A stretch of DNA of 64,000 nucleotides from Octopus vulgaris (taxonomy: Eukaryota): contig OX597817.1 in the NCBI GenBank assembly GCA_951406725.2, positions 115,878,001-115,942,000 on the forward strand. The letters are read 5' to 3'. The stretch's first letter is position 1; each line of letters begins with the position of its first letter. Position numbers and translations under genes: made by a program. The notes beneath the pieces were generated by a model. The model did no database searches. It was not told the DNA's origin and saw nothing but the letters and a program-made list of their open reading frames with translations. Shown in pieces: positions 1 to 11,158 of this stretch.

Positions 1-476
1 TATTCTTTATAAATAGCTTTATTCATTTGAGGCAGATTATACAGGTATATAAACAAAAGTGCTGGCATATTAAAAAAAAAAGATGGAATGTTAACAAAAA
101 AGTAACGAAGCATATAATTTTATTTTATTTGAAAAATATTTCGAAGTCGTTTCACTCCACGCGTACACCAATAAACAAATAATATATAAGTCACCTCTAA
201 ATTTTCTTGCAAATTATTTTCTGATGTAAAGTGCTGATAACTTCCAAGGTTTTATTTGATATATTTGGAATAGAAATGAAGGAAAATTCTCAGATAGAGA
301 AAGTGAATTGAAACTCAAACAGTACTTTCATGGCTCTAAACTCGAATATTCTATATGGCACAGCTGTTCCATAAATCATAAGTCAGAATATAGTGTCAAA
401 ATAACAGTTGTTTTTCATAAAATTTCATTATAATCATGAATCTCTTCGTCGTCATCGTCAGCTATTTTTGTTGTCC

Positions 477-590
477 CGCCGCCGCCGCCGCCACCGCCGC
501 CACCGCCGCCGCCACTTCCACCACCACCAGAACAACAACAACCACCAACACCACAACCACCACAACCACCACCACCATCATTATCATTAT
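477..590. repeat. Compound trinucleotide microsatellite (GCC/CCA/ACA/CAT)
   Basis: Directly visible; it generates the poly-R/H/G/T artefact ORFs. Confidence 0.9.
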
Positions 591-904
591 CGGCAGGAAG
601 TTCGATTATATAATAATACCAGGACATGTAATGCAAGTGGAGTATACCCAAAATCTACTCTGAGTTTTAGTTGTCGTATTGAAAGCATTCCCCATTATAA
701 GATAGAAGACATAAATGTTACTAAAACATATGCATTTCGGGGAAATTAAAATACAAATAAAAAGACAATATTTCTCTTACCAATAGTGAATGCGATTAAA
801 TAATCTAAATATAGCAGAAGCTATAATGTGTATTGTGGTTACCATTTCAATGTAGCTTATGAGAAGAAATCTGCGTCGTCATACGTTTTTTCCTGAGAGC
901 TTGC

Positions 905-1425
905 AGTAATGCTGCGAAAAGCTTTCTCTTAATCAATAAACGCAACGCGCAGAGGCAAACGGTACTCTCTAGCTTATTCCAGCAACTGCGTTAGAGTAAA
1001 TATATGATCTGTAGTGTTGTACTTCTTTCTGAACTCCTCTGTTCTCTTGATTATGGCTCATCCCGTTATTGAGATAATCGTTCAGGGATTATTTTCGCGA
1101 ACAACTTGTAAATATGAGACAGGAGGCAGATGAAACGCTAGTTCTTAATATCTTCTGTATCGCCCTTCTTGTACAGCAGGATCGTATTTGACTCCTTCCG
1201 TTGGGAGTGTATTGACCCTTTTTCTAGGTAACAGTTGAAGCGTAGAGCAAAGATTTCCCATAACTGTTAACCGCTGGCCTGCAACATTTCAGATGTTATA
1301 ACATCCTTGCCCAGTACTGTTACTCTGTTCATCAGCTTAAGGGCTCTCTCGACTTCACTTATCAGAATAGATGATACATTCTCTCCTGATGAGATAGCGC
1401 TGGTAGCGGAGACCGTTCAGCTGCA
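905..1425 (-). pseudogene. Degraded RTE-clade LINE reverse transcriptase fragment
   Basis: Manual minus-strand translation: EVERALKLM..GKDVITSEML..ILLYKKGDTEDIKN*RFICLLSHIYKLFAKII..EQEEFRKKYNTTDHIFTLTQLLE*AREYRLPLRVAFID*EKAF. These match RT domains 0-3, with several stops. Confidence 0.85.
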
Positions 1426-1430
1426 AACCA

Positions 1431-1770
<340 letters not shown>

Positions 1771-1944
1771 GGAGAAATAAGTATCAGCATAAGTTCTCGT
1801 ATATTATAGTCCTTACGCACGTATGAGCGTTATGTTTGCTTAGAGACATGCAACAGGTGATTCAAGTGCATTTAGAAGCTCAATCATAATAGGTCATCAA
1901 CGAATATTCTATTGCATTAAGCTGGAGTCATACCAAATATATAT

Positions 1945-2122
1945 AGGTGCAGCTGTAGTAAAGTGATAAGAAGTTTGCTTCCCAGCTACATGGTTCCAGG
2001 TTCAGTCCCACTGCGTTGCACCTTAGGCAAGTGTCTTCTGTTATAGCCTCGGACCAACCAAAGCATGTGACTCGATTTGGTAGACGGAAACTGAAAGAAT
2101 CATGTATACACACACACAACAG

Positions 2123-2166
<44 letters not shown>

Positions 2167-2468
2167 TATATAGAAGGAGCTTCTACAGGACTAGAACTGT
2201 TTCATTCAAGAGAAATTGAGTACCTTATTTACTGTGGTTAACCCCGAATCAACCCGGGACCTACATATATATATATATAGATAGATAGATACATATAGAT
2301 CCTTGTGTCTACGTTTGTTCCTCACCACCGCTTGACAACCGGTATCGGTGTGTTTGTGTCCTTTCGGCATAAGAGATCGATAGAATAAATACTGGGATCG
2401 ATCCATTCGGCGAAAAATTCAAGGCTGTGTCCCAGTATGGCTGCTGTCTAATGACTGAAACAAGTATT
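1945..2468 (+). mobile_element. tRNA-derived CORE-type SINE, family B, interrupted
   Basis: Head ggttccaggttcagtccc, CORE-like accttaggcaagtgtc, and 3' end atgactgaaacaagta. Homologous to 9445-9872. Confidence 0.7.
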
Positions 2469-3348
2469 ATATGAAATAACCGGTATCTCTTCAACATAAT
2501 CGGGACAGTTCCTCAATGCACATTTACCTCTTTGAGAATAACATTTCCCAAACTATTGCATATTGCTCACTTCAAAATTTATCCCAATTTCTGCCCCTTT
2601 CATACACAACTCAACTCCAATGAAAATCAAAACTTTAGACTCCTTTATAAAGTGAGCCTGCTGTTTCCTTGATGTAACTATGCAGTAAAGACTTACTATA
2701 GCGACAACTCTGCTGGCGGTAGTGGCCAGATTGCAGCGGTCCTAGAGTCATCATAAAAGGAGACAAAACTTACAATATTAGTGTCATGTGCATTGCGATG
2801 TCTTATTATAATTAGATGTCACAATGTTCAGACTCTATTAATATTATATCGTCATCCAGCGAAAGTAATTTCCCAACCTGACCTGCAATATAAACATAAA
2901 CTTCGTTGCAATTTCCTACTACAATCTATTATAAATATCAACAGCAACTACAAAGAAAATTACGCGCAAATTTAGAAAAAATGTTTAGTGGTCAGATGAG
3001 AGACAATGCTAAGTGGAATCTTAGATATAATTGCAAAATGTATATTAACAATGCACCAAGGCAATATATTTACTTAAATAGTGTTATTATGGAGCCAACT
3101 TTATTTCCTATCTAAATCATAACATATGTACGTTTTGATATATCCCGCTTCTTCCATTTCGTCTGAGATATGAATAATACATTATGAAAACGAAATAGAA
3201 ATAAAGTTTTATATAAACGAAAAATGGAAACATTAAAGATATGGATTAGTTATAACTACTCTGTTAACAACGTCTAGACAAAGAAAGCATTATATCACAA
3301 ACCATATATTTTTGTGAGTCGTAATTCGAATGTGTGTAGGTGTGTGTC

Positions 3349-3390
<42 letters not shown>

Positions 3391-3416
3391 ATAGGATTAG
3401 CTCGTATACGAGTAGG

Positions 3417-3647
3417 TATATATTTGTAACAAATGAAGTTCGAAAATGCTGCTGTATTATACAATTTTTAATTTTTATATATACATTATAACATGTTTCA
3501 GTTCCTGAAATGAACCTTATCAAAAAAAGTTATATATAAAAAGAGACAGCTCATGCCGTCAAACACAAGAAATTCATTTATAATACACAACGGAGTCAGA
3601 CATCTTAGAGTTCATGTATAGTTGATATATAGTTCATGTATAGTTGA
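3417..3647 (-). repeat. Inverted 5' pLTR arm
   Basis: Reverse complement of 7776-8006; only one substitution seen. Confidence 0.9.
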
Positions 3648-3722
3648 ACCACACGATTTGAATGAAAATCAGAAATGCGTGGACATGAAACTTGCTCGTC
3701 GCTTCTCCGTAACCAAACCGTG

Positions 3723-3723
<1 letters not shown>

Positions 3724-3816
<93 letters not shown>

Positions 3817-3843
3817 TTAATAATAATAATAATAATGATAATA
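3724..3843. repeat. (AAT)n microsatellite
   Basis: Directly visible. Confidence 0.95.
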
Positions 3844-4064
3844 AAAAGTCCATAGTTCGCGGTGGTTGGACCGAAATCAAAGGTAACAAAATAAACGGAA
3901 ATCGTCAAAATAAAACAAAGACGAAAAGGGCGACAGCACAACAACTGCAAACAGGACAAAATAAGATACTCCGATCATTCGCAGCCAATTGCTTCTTCAG
4001 TCGGAGTCTGGTATGTCCACGCATTTTCGCATGATCCTCTCCGATGCTACTATATAAGACGATC

Positions 4065-4915
4065 TGTTACTCGACTGAAGATTGAAAGCTCCGAATGACC
4101 CGTCCTTGATTTTTCCTGTCCTTTTTTTGTATCGTCTAACTGTCCAAATGTTTTGTTGTCGCCTGTTACGTTCTTCTTCCATTTAAAAAAAAATATATAT
4201 ACATATAGCGGCATACGTACACTTTTGGTCACCTTTATGTAGGTACATATATATTCTGTACGACTCTTTTACTCTTTCCTTTAGGCCCCTCACACTTTCT
4301 TCGTTCCTTCCACTTTTCTTTTTCTCGCACCCACACTCTCTCATATTTCCTGGCCTTCCCTTCATTCTCATCACTTTCCCCCCTTCTTTACTTGACTGTC
4401 CCTTTCCTTTTACTTTCTCGTCCCTCTCTTCATGCCCTCTATCCCCTACCTCTCTCCTTTCCTTCCACTTAAGCGTTGTTTGTCCAAGCGGTGTTTGGTT
4501 CGACTGCCATCTGTGTAGCATCTCTTATATTCTTTCATGACTTTCACGTCTATACACGCCAGCTTAATTTAATTCGTCCTTAGTCGGAAGACACCTGTTG
4601 TTTGTATTTCTAATTATGTAGCATTTCTCCGTATTTTTTGGTTTTTCCTTTTCGTCCTTGATTTCGTATGCATTCGCTTGCTTTCTTCCAAAGAATCTAG
4701 TGCTCTTAGCTTAGATATTCTTTGGGCGGGGTCAGATTAGAACTGTCTAGAGAGTAACCGGTCGAAACTGCTAAGAAAATTCGGTACTCGACTGAAGATT
4801 GAAAGCGCCAAATAACCTGTCGCTATTTTTGGCTGTCATTCTTTTTGTATAGCCTAACTGTCCGAATGTTTTGTTGTCACCTGTTATGTATGTTCCTGTT
4901 CCATTTTTTTGTTTT
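4065..4915 (+). mobile_element. Non-coding repeat with ~120-bp direct repeats (4068-4185 and 4785-4908), probably PLE pLTR-derived
   Basis: tactcgactgaagattgaaagc...tgtcc(a/g)aatgttttgttgtc occurs twice. A diverged inverted relative lies at 8395-9075 and a fragment near 10720-10900. Confidence 0.6.
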
Positions 4916-4936
4916 GTTTATATATATAAGTCCCAC

Positions 4937-5047
4937 TTATAATTTAAGTCCTTTGGAGAGTATGCTTATTTCGTTAGGTGTAAGTTCTTTGTTTGAGAGA
5001 TTGATTATCTTAATTACCTGAGGTTTCTTTTGTTTGTCCTTTGCCAT
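4937..5047 (-). pseudogene. N-terminus of the PLE RT ORF (truncated)
   Basis: MAKDKQKKPQVIKIINLSNKELTPNEISILSKGLKL* matches the conserved PLE N-terminal motif INLS..L...E..LL.KGL.F. It overlaps the end of ORF1 in the -1 frame. Confidence 0.8.
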
Positions 5048-6057
5048 CGTGTGTCCCTGTTCCTGTGTGTGGGGTCTAAAAAATGGTTGGTGTAGTTATG
5101 TTCAAAGCTATTATTTATCTGTCTCATGTTGTTATAATTGTCAGAGTGAGTTTGTGGTGCTCTGTTCTGGAGTCTGTTGTTGAACCTAGTGTTACGTCTT
5201 AGTTCCTCAGGTGTATTGTGTTGGTAGTTGTTTCCTCCGTAGTGCATTTGTTGTTTGTTATGGTTGTATGGTTGGTTCCTGGGGTGGATGTTTGGTAGTA
5301 GCGTTTTGGTTTGGTTATGTGGGTTGTATTTTATAGTATTGTATGTTGTGGCTCTTAGGTTCGTGGAATGGTGTGGTGGGACCCTATAAGTGTTTTGGGG
5401 TTGGTGTAGGTAGTGTGGGGTGCGTTTTAAATGCATTTTTCTGGTGTAGAGTGTGTTTGGATTTCTTGGTGGTTGTTCTGCTCTGTTGGTATGTCTATTT
5501 TCGAACTGGTGTGGTGGGCCTCTGTAGGTGTTTTGGGGTTGGTGTAGGTAGTGTGGGGTGTGTTTTAGGTGTACTTTTCTGGTGTAGAGTGTGGTAGGAT
5601 TTCTTGGTGGTTGTTCCGTTCTATTGGTATTTGGTTTTGATTTGCTTAATTTTATGAAGGGGTTGTTGGATATGTGTTCATTTTTGAAGTTGGTTTCATA
5701 ATCTAGAAACCAGATGGCGCTCTTTTCCCATCGTTGGAGTGACTTAAGTTCCTCTTTTTCACATTCTTCATTCCATAGTGCTGTTAATGTTTCAGTATTG
5801 TTGTCGTCTATTAGTTTGATGACTTCTACGTTGATTTCCTCGTCTATGGTTTTTACTTTTTCTTCATTCGTTTTAGCTCTCAGCTTAAGTAGTTCTATTT
5901 CCATCTTCATTTTTTCTAATGACATTTTTTCTCTAAGTTTTCTTTGTTCTTCTGGTTCTTCCGAGATGGGTTTGATTTGTAATTTACGGGGTATGACTAG
6001 GGGTGTTGAGTCTAGCCATTTTTGGTAAATCTCTGCTTTATTCTGATTTTGTATCAT
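5014..6057 (-). CDS. Putative PLE ORF1, 5'-truncated: coiled coil plus N/Q/H/P-rich tail
   Basis: 347-aa open frame. It has an E/K/L helical region (EEQRKLREKMSLEKMKMEIELLKLRAK), a 46-aa internal tandem duplication, and lies directly upstream of the PLE N-terminal motif. Confidence 0.7.
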   Translation of the reverse strand: MIQNQNKAEIYQKWLDSTPLVIPRKLQIKPISEEPEEQRKLREKMSLEKMKMEIELLKLRAKTNEEKVKTIDEEINVEVIKLIDDNNTETLTALWNEECEKEELKSLQRWEKSAIWFLDYETNFKNEHISNNPFIKLSKSKPNTNRTEQPPRNPTTLYTRKVHLKHTPHYLHQPQNTYRGPPHQFENRHTNRAEQPPRNPNTLYTRKMHLKRTPHYLHQPQNTYRVPPHHSTNLRATTYNTIKYNPHNQTKTLLPNIHPRNQPYNHNKQQMHYGGNNYQHNTPEELRRNTRFNNRLQNRAPQTHSDNYNNMRQINNSFEHNYTNHFLDPTHRNRDTRWQRTNKRNLR

Positions 6058-6076
6058 TTTCCAAAAAGCGAATTAA

Positions 6077-7018
6077 GACATCCTCATTAAGATAACCGGC
6101 AACAAAATAGAGACAGATATCTACTATAAACCGACAGACTCTAAACAGTACCTACCCTTTGATTCATGCCACCCACGACACACTAGAATGAATGTCCCTT
6201 TTTGTTTAGCTAGAAGGATTTGCACCATAATATCAGACACAAACACCCGACACACACGTCTCCAGGAACTTAGAACCACACTCACAAATAGAAACTATCC
6301 ACAGCCCCTAATAGACAGTGCAATCCAACGGGTACTTAAATTAAGTATAGAAGACCTGAGACAAACAAAACCAAAAAAGAAAGAACAATTAAAAACCCTT
6401 CCCTACATCTCTACACACAACCCACTCAACAATGAGGCCTTCAACACCATACTACAAAGCACAGCCCTACTAAAGGGAGACCCAAAGATGAACCGGATCC
6501 TCGAAACACACACCATCATTAAAAGTAAACGGCAACCAAAATCCTTGAAAAGGATTTTAACCCAAGCTACACTGCACTCAACATCAACCACAAAACCAGC
6601 AGTTAGAAAATGTGGAAGGCCCAACTGCGGAATCTGTGTCATCTTGAAAGAAGGATCAGAATTTATACTGGAACAAGGCCACCAGTTCACCATTAGAACA
6701 AACTTCACCTGCGCATCAGAAAACTTAATTTACGTCATAACATGCGCAGGCTGCAATAGGCAGTATATAGGCCATACAAAAAATAGCTTACGTAACAGGA
6801 TGGCGGTGCATAAATCACAAATTAGAAACCCTGATTACCGCAAAATACCGGTCAGCGGACACATAGATAGATGTGCTGGAAATGTAAATCCGAAATTTAC
6901 AACTAACCCGCTCTATAAATTCAGTGACAACGCAACCTTCACACAACGCCAAAATAAAGAACTATATTTCATAAAAAAATTTAGACCAAGTTTAAACACC
7001 CTGGGCCAGGAATACTAA
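6077..7018 (+). CDS. PLE RT C-terminus/thumb, Cys linker and GIY-YIG endonuclease (5'-truncated, Neptune-type)
   Basis: DILI..ETDIYYKPTDSKQYLPFDSCHP; linker CGRPNCGIC; NLIYVITCAGCNRQYIGHT..LRNRMAVH; KELYFIKKFRPSLN. The frame is uninterrupted. Confidence 0.92.
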   Translation, partial: DILIKITGNKIETDIYYKPTDSKQYLPFDSCHPRHTRMNVPFCLARRICTIISDTNTRHTRLQELRTTLTNRNYPQPLIDSAIQRVLKLSIEDLRQTKPKKKEQLKTLPYISTHNPLNNEAFNTILQSTALLKGDPKMNRILETHTIIKSKRQPKSLKRILTQATLHSTSTTKPAVRKCGRPNCGICVILKEGSEFILEQGHQFTIRTNFTCASENLIYVITCAGCNRQYIGHTKNSLRNRMAVHKSQIRNPDYRKIPVSGHIDRCAGNVNPKFTTNPLYKFSDNATFTQRQNKELYFIKKFRPSLNTLGQEY

Positions 7019-7185
7019 AACAAAAGATAAGTCCTCCGAAAAGGAGAACCAAATTTCACCACGGCCGCTACTTCAAACAGACACTCACTCTGACGGAAAT
7101 ATGCCTTAGTAAAAAAGGGAAAAAAATTCTTTCGTGCAAATCTGACCCTGATACATACGATACAGCTAAGGGTCAGACCCGATTC

Positions 7186-7560
7186 TGATTGGTCAACAAG
7201 TTGATGACGTCTAGCTCTGCTAGAATGGACAGGATACAAACAGGGGACAGTCATTAGTCAGAATATTGATGACGTCCTTTTCTGCTTGAATAGTCACCTA
7301 ACAAGTACAGACAGGGAGCAGATCTAATGTAGCTATAAGTCGTGATTGGGCAGAATCTGGATGACATCCCGCTATGCTTGACTAACGAAGCGACTGGTCA
7401 AGACAGGAAACAAACAAGAGGGAGTTATAATGCAGCGATTGGTCAAAATAATGATGACGTCCCGTTCCACTTGATTAAAGCCACCTAACGAAACGATTGG
7501 TCAAAACATTGATGACTTCACGCTACGCTAGATTGACCACCTAACAGGCATTATAAAACC
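7186..7560 (+). promoter_or_regulatory. Putative Pol II promoter of the PLE: five ATTGG-N12-TGACG modules plus TATA
   Basis: Repeated (g)attggtca..tgatgacgtc units, some imperfect, and TATAAAA at 7552-7558. Confidence 0.6.
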
Positions 7561-7892
7561 AAGCATTTCACAAAAAATCACTAGAACCACACAGCGAACT
7601 TCCACCATGGGTCATCACAATTGCTTAAGGTAAAAATGAATTCCTCGCTCTTTCGGAAACATCAATCTTCTGTATTGACCGCTTTCCACCACTTTGATCT
7701 GCTTTTGTATTGAATACGTATCGCCACCGTGGGCCACTGCATCGAACACTTTGAACATATACTTCAAACTATATATCAACTATACATGAACTATATATCA
7801 ACTATACATGAACTCTAAGATGTCTGACTCCGTTGTGTATTATAAATGAATTTCTTGTGTTTGACGGCATGAGCTGTCTCTTTTTATATATA

Positions 7893-7940
7893 ACTTTTTT
7901 TGATAAGGTTCATTTCAGGAACTGAAACATGTTATAATGT
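7893..7940 (+). ncRNA. Minimal type I hammerhead-like motif, U3:A8 variant (inverted copy near 3483-3530)
   Basis: TTGATAA-ggttc(atttcag)gaact-GAAA-catg-TT. Stem III is palindromic and stem I is weak. Confidence 0.5.
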
Positions 7941-7995
7941 ATATATAAAAATTAAAAATTGTATAATACAGCAGCATTTTCGAACTTCATTTTTT

Positions 7996-8051
<56 letters not shown>

Positions 8052-8255
8052 TTACTTGTTTCATTCATTAGAATGAAGCCATTCACACATACATATATCC
8101 ATATACATATGCTCCCTCATACAAACACATTCATACACACACACACTATACACACTCGCACACACACAAACACATACACACGCACACACACAAATATACA
8201 CACGCATACATTTATAATACATGCATACATCTATATCTATCTATCTATCTATCTT

Positions 8256-8319
<64 letters not shown>

Positions 8320-8339
8320 AATATCTGTCTGCTTGTCTG

Positions 8340-8389
<50 letters not shown>

Positions 8390-8394
8390 ATTTT

Positions 8395-9075
8395 TATATA
8401 AAGAACGTGAAATACACAAAGGGACGAACACGGAAAACAGACAAGTCATTCGAAGCCTTCAATCTTCAGTCAGAAACCGAATCATCATGGCAAATTTCGG
8501 CTGATTAATTCTCATATTTGCTCCAACTCCGCCAGCCCCAAGGAAAAAACTAAGCTGTGGGCATTAGATTTCTTGGTAGAAGGAAAGAATGTAAACTCAA
8601 CCGAGACGAATACAAATACAAGAAACAGAACAACATTGAAAACAATAATGGTTAAAAACAGGATAACAGCGGGTGTATTACGACTTTAGACAAAATGAGA
8701 CAAAAACAACTTATCAGCAGGCGTGGAAACAATTACCTTTTCGGCAGAGGGGACACGGTGTTAACAAACCGCGATCACCAACGGAATGGCTTGTGAAGCA
8801 GCAGGTTGCAAGAGGGTAAGAGAGGGAGAAAGAGAGACAGAAAGAGAGGGAATTAAAGAGGGTGGAAGGCAGAGGGCAGAAGCAATGACCAGGAGAGAGA
8901 GAGAAAGAAGGAATTAAAGAGGATGGGAGGAAGAGGGGGGAAGAAACGGAGGGCGCCAAAATAGCTTGGTAAAGGAGCAATGGCGGATAGGGAAGAGAAA
9001 CTATTTTGAAGTCGTACAAGGGTAAACATGTGACAAACATAAGGGAGTGGTGTACGTACGCCGCAATATATATAA
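8395..9075 (-). mobile_element. Diverged copy of the 4190-4915 repeat family
   Basis: Shares gcggc(a/g)tacgtacac, a pyrimidine tract and gactgaagattgaa(a/g)gc in reverse orientation. Confidence 0.6.
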
Positions 9076-9081
9076 AAATGT

Positions 9082-9132
<51 letters not shown>

Positions 9133-9444
9133 CCAGCTACATATACTCCTACATACATGGTTCTAGCTATACGTATGTGTATTTATAGATATGTATATAT
9201 ACATGAATGTGTATATATAAAGATTTGCTGTCGGCATACATATTGTGAAAAAATAATACAAAAAAAGACATTAGCATAAACATATTCACAGCTATACTTC
9301 TGTTTCTTTCCAGTTGGACTACCTATTGGTATTCCTTACACCTTGGTTATTGCTTATTGAGAACTTGTATTAGTGTCACCGAACATTTTTTGTATCTACT
9401 TAGTGTTGTGAGTTAAATAAAGCATAATGTATAGGATTTTGGAA

Positions 9445-9590
9445 TGTAGTAAGTAACTTGCTTACCAACCACATGGTTCTGGGTTCAGTCCCACTGCTTG
9501 GTGCCTTGGGCAAGTGTCATCTACTACAGCCTCGGGCTGACCAAAGCCTTGTGAGTGGATTTGGTAGATGGAAACTGAAAGAAGCCCGTC

Positions 9591-9626
<36 letters not shown>

Positions 9627-9872
9627 GTGTGTGTGTGTTTGTGTGTCTGTGTTTGTACCCAACATCACTTGACAATTGATGCTGGTGTGTTTACGTCTCG
9701 TAACTTAGCGGTTCGGCAAAAGAGACCAATAGAATAAGTACTAGGCTTACAAAGAAAAGTCCTGGGGTCGACTAAATAGTAATAGACTAAAGTAATAGAC
9801 TAAAGTAATAGACTAAAGGCGCTGCTCCAGCATGTCCACAGTGAATGACTGAAACAAGTAAAAGAGTAAAGA
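9445..9872 (+). mobile_element. tRNA-derived CORE-type SINE, family B, near full length
   Basis: Head ggttctgggttcagtccc, ccttgggcaagtg, internal (TA)/(TG) tract, and end gactgaaacaagtaaaaga. Confidence 0.75.
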
Positions 9873-10939
9873 GAGAGAGAGTTCCGTATTTGAGTCACTG
9901 CACTGGTAGAAATGTTAAGATTGAATAGTTGGATAAGACCTGCCCCCACAGTTATCCATATTTTCACTCAAGAGACACCCCTTACAGGATGACCGCCTGC
10001 GAAATAATACTCCTGTCACCTTTCATGTTTGCTCTACAGGCCACTCCACCTCACACTTTACTGTCTTCAGCCTAATACCAACGATACACAAACACCAGAC
10101 ACCGCCTTGAACAGCGCTATATTCTCACTCTTCAAAACTCAAACTCCAGTTGGACCGAACACGACCACTCCTTTCAGGGACAACCTCCATACACGCTTTT
10201 AGTTTTCTATTTATATGATTTTTGAAAGACCTGACCAGCTGTATAGATGTAAATACATTTTGTTCTTTCTCTTTCCTTCTTTCTTTCCTTCTCTTTTCCA
10301 TTGACACTTCTTTTAGATACACAGGCACACACGTACACACACACAAAAGAACACACACACTCTTACTAACTTTCTCCCCATTCCTCAACCTCCTTTACTA
10401 TTCTATATCTCTCTCCACCCCTACACACTCAATAATGCTATAAAAAGAGACGAATCCCCTCAAAATATTTTAATCTGAAGAATTTACTAAACTAGATGCA
10501 AGCGCTATATATATGATTTATAAAAACATGTGATATATTAATAAAAATCTGTACATGTACAACCATCCAGATTTCTGAGTACCTTATTTTTTCTAATATA
10601 TAATACCTGTACATCAATTCCTAACCTAATATATGTATATGTATATATAAATCCGAAAGGTCCTTTCGTTTATTTATTTGTGTTGTAAATGTATAGTTAT
10701 TTTCGTTTTGTTGTATAGTAGACAGGCGTTTTTCTCTTGTATATGTATAATTTTTTTTCTGTTGTACTTGTATTATTATTATTTCATCACGTATTTTATG
10801 CGTATTCTTTAGCTTTCGGGTTCTTGTTTTGTTCTTTATACATTCGTTTGCTTTCCCCAGAAGCTTAATGCTCTTGCACTTGCCTGGAATTGAGCAATCT
10901 CAATGTTAAGATGTGCTAAGTATATATATATGCGCGTGT

Positions 10940-11158
10940 ATCTGTATGTGGGTGTGTATGTCTTTGTGTCTGTGTTTGCTCAACCATCACCACCACCACC
11001 ATTTGGCATCCGGTTTGGATTGTTTACATCACTATAACTTAGTTGTTCGTTATGAGAAGCGATAGAAGAAGTAATAGACTTAAAAAATACGTACCTACTA
11101 AAATCCTTCAAGTCCTTGTTTCAGCATGACTACGTACAAAATAAAGATAAAAGATAAA
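10940..11158 (+). mobile_element. Degraded 3' half of SINE family B
   Basis: tgtttacatcactataacttagttgttcg..gatagaagaagtaatagactt is similar to 9690-9750. Confidence 0.55.

Larger units (their letters stand above)
3417..8006 (+). mobile_element. Rearranged Neptune-type Penelope-like element with inverted pLTRs, an inverted ORF1 segment and nested insertions
   Basis: Inverted repeats of ~230 bp at 3417-3647 and 7776-8006 flank the PLE RT/GIY-YIG coding sequence. Confidence 0.8.

Noticed and set aside
408-749. His/Arg-rich, Gly-rich and Thr-rich ORFs
   Set aside because: They are translations of a compound trinucleotide repeat with no domain or splice support.
1385-1420. CTGATGA followed by a small hairpin
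   Set aside because: There is no GAAA or stem III, and it lies antisense within the RTE coding relic.
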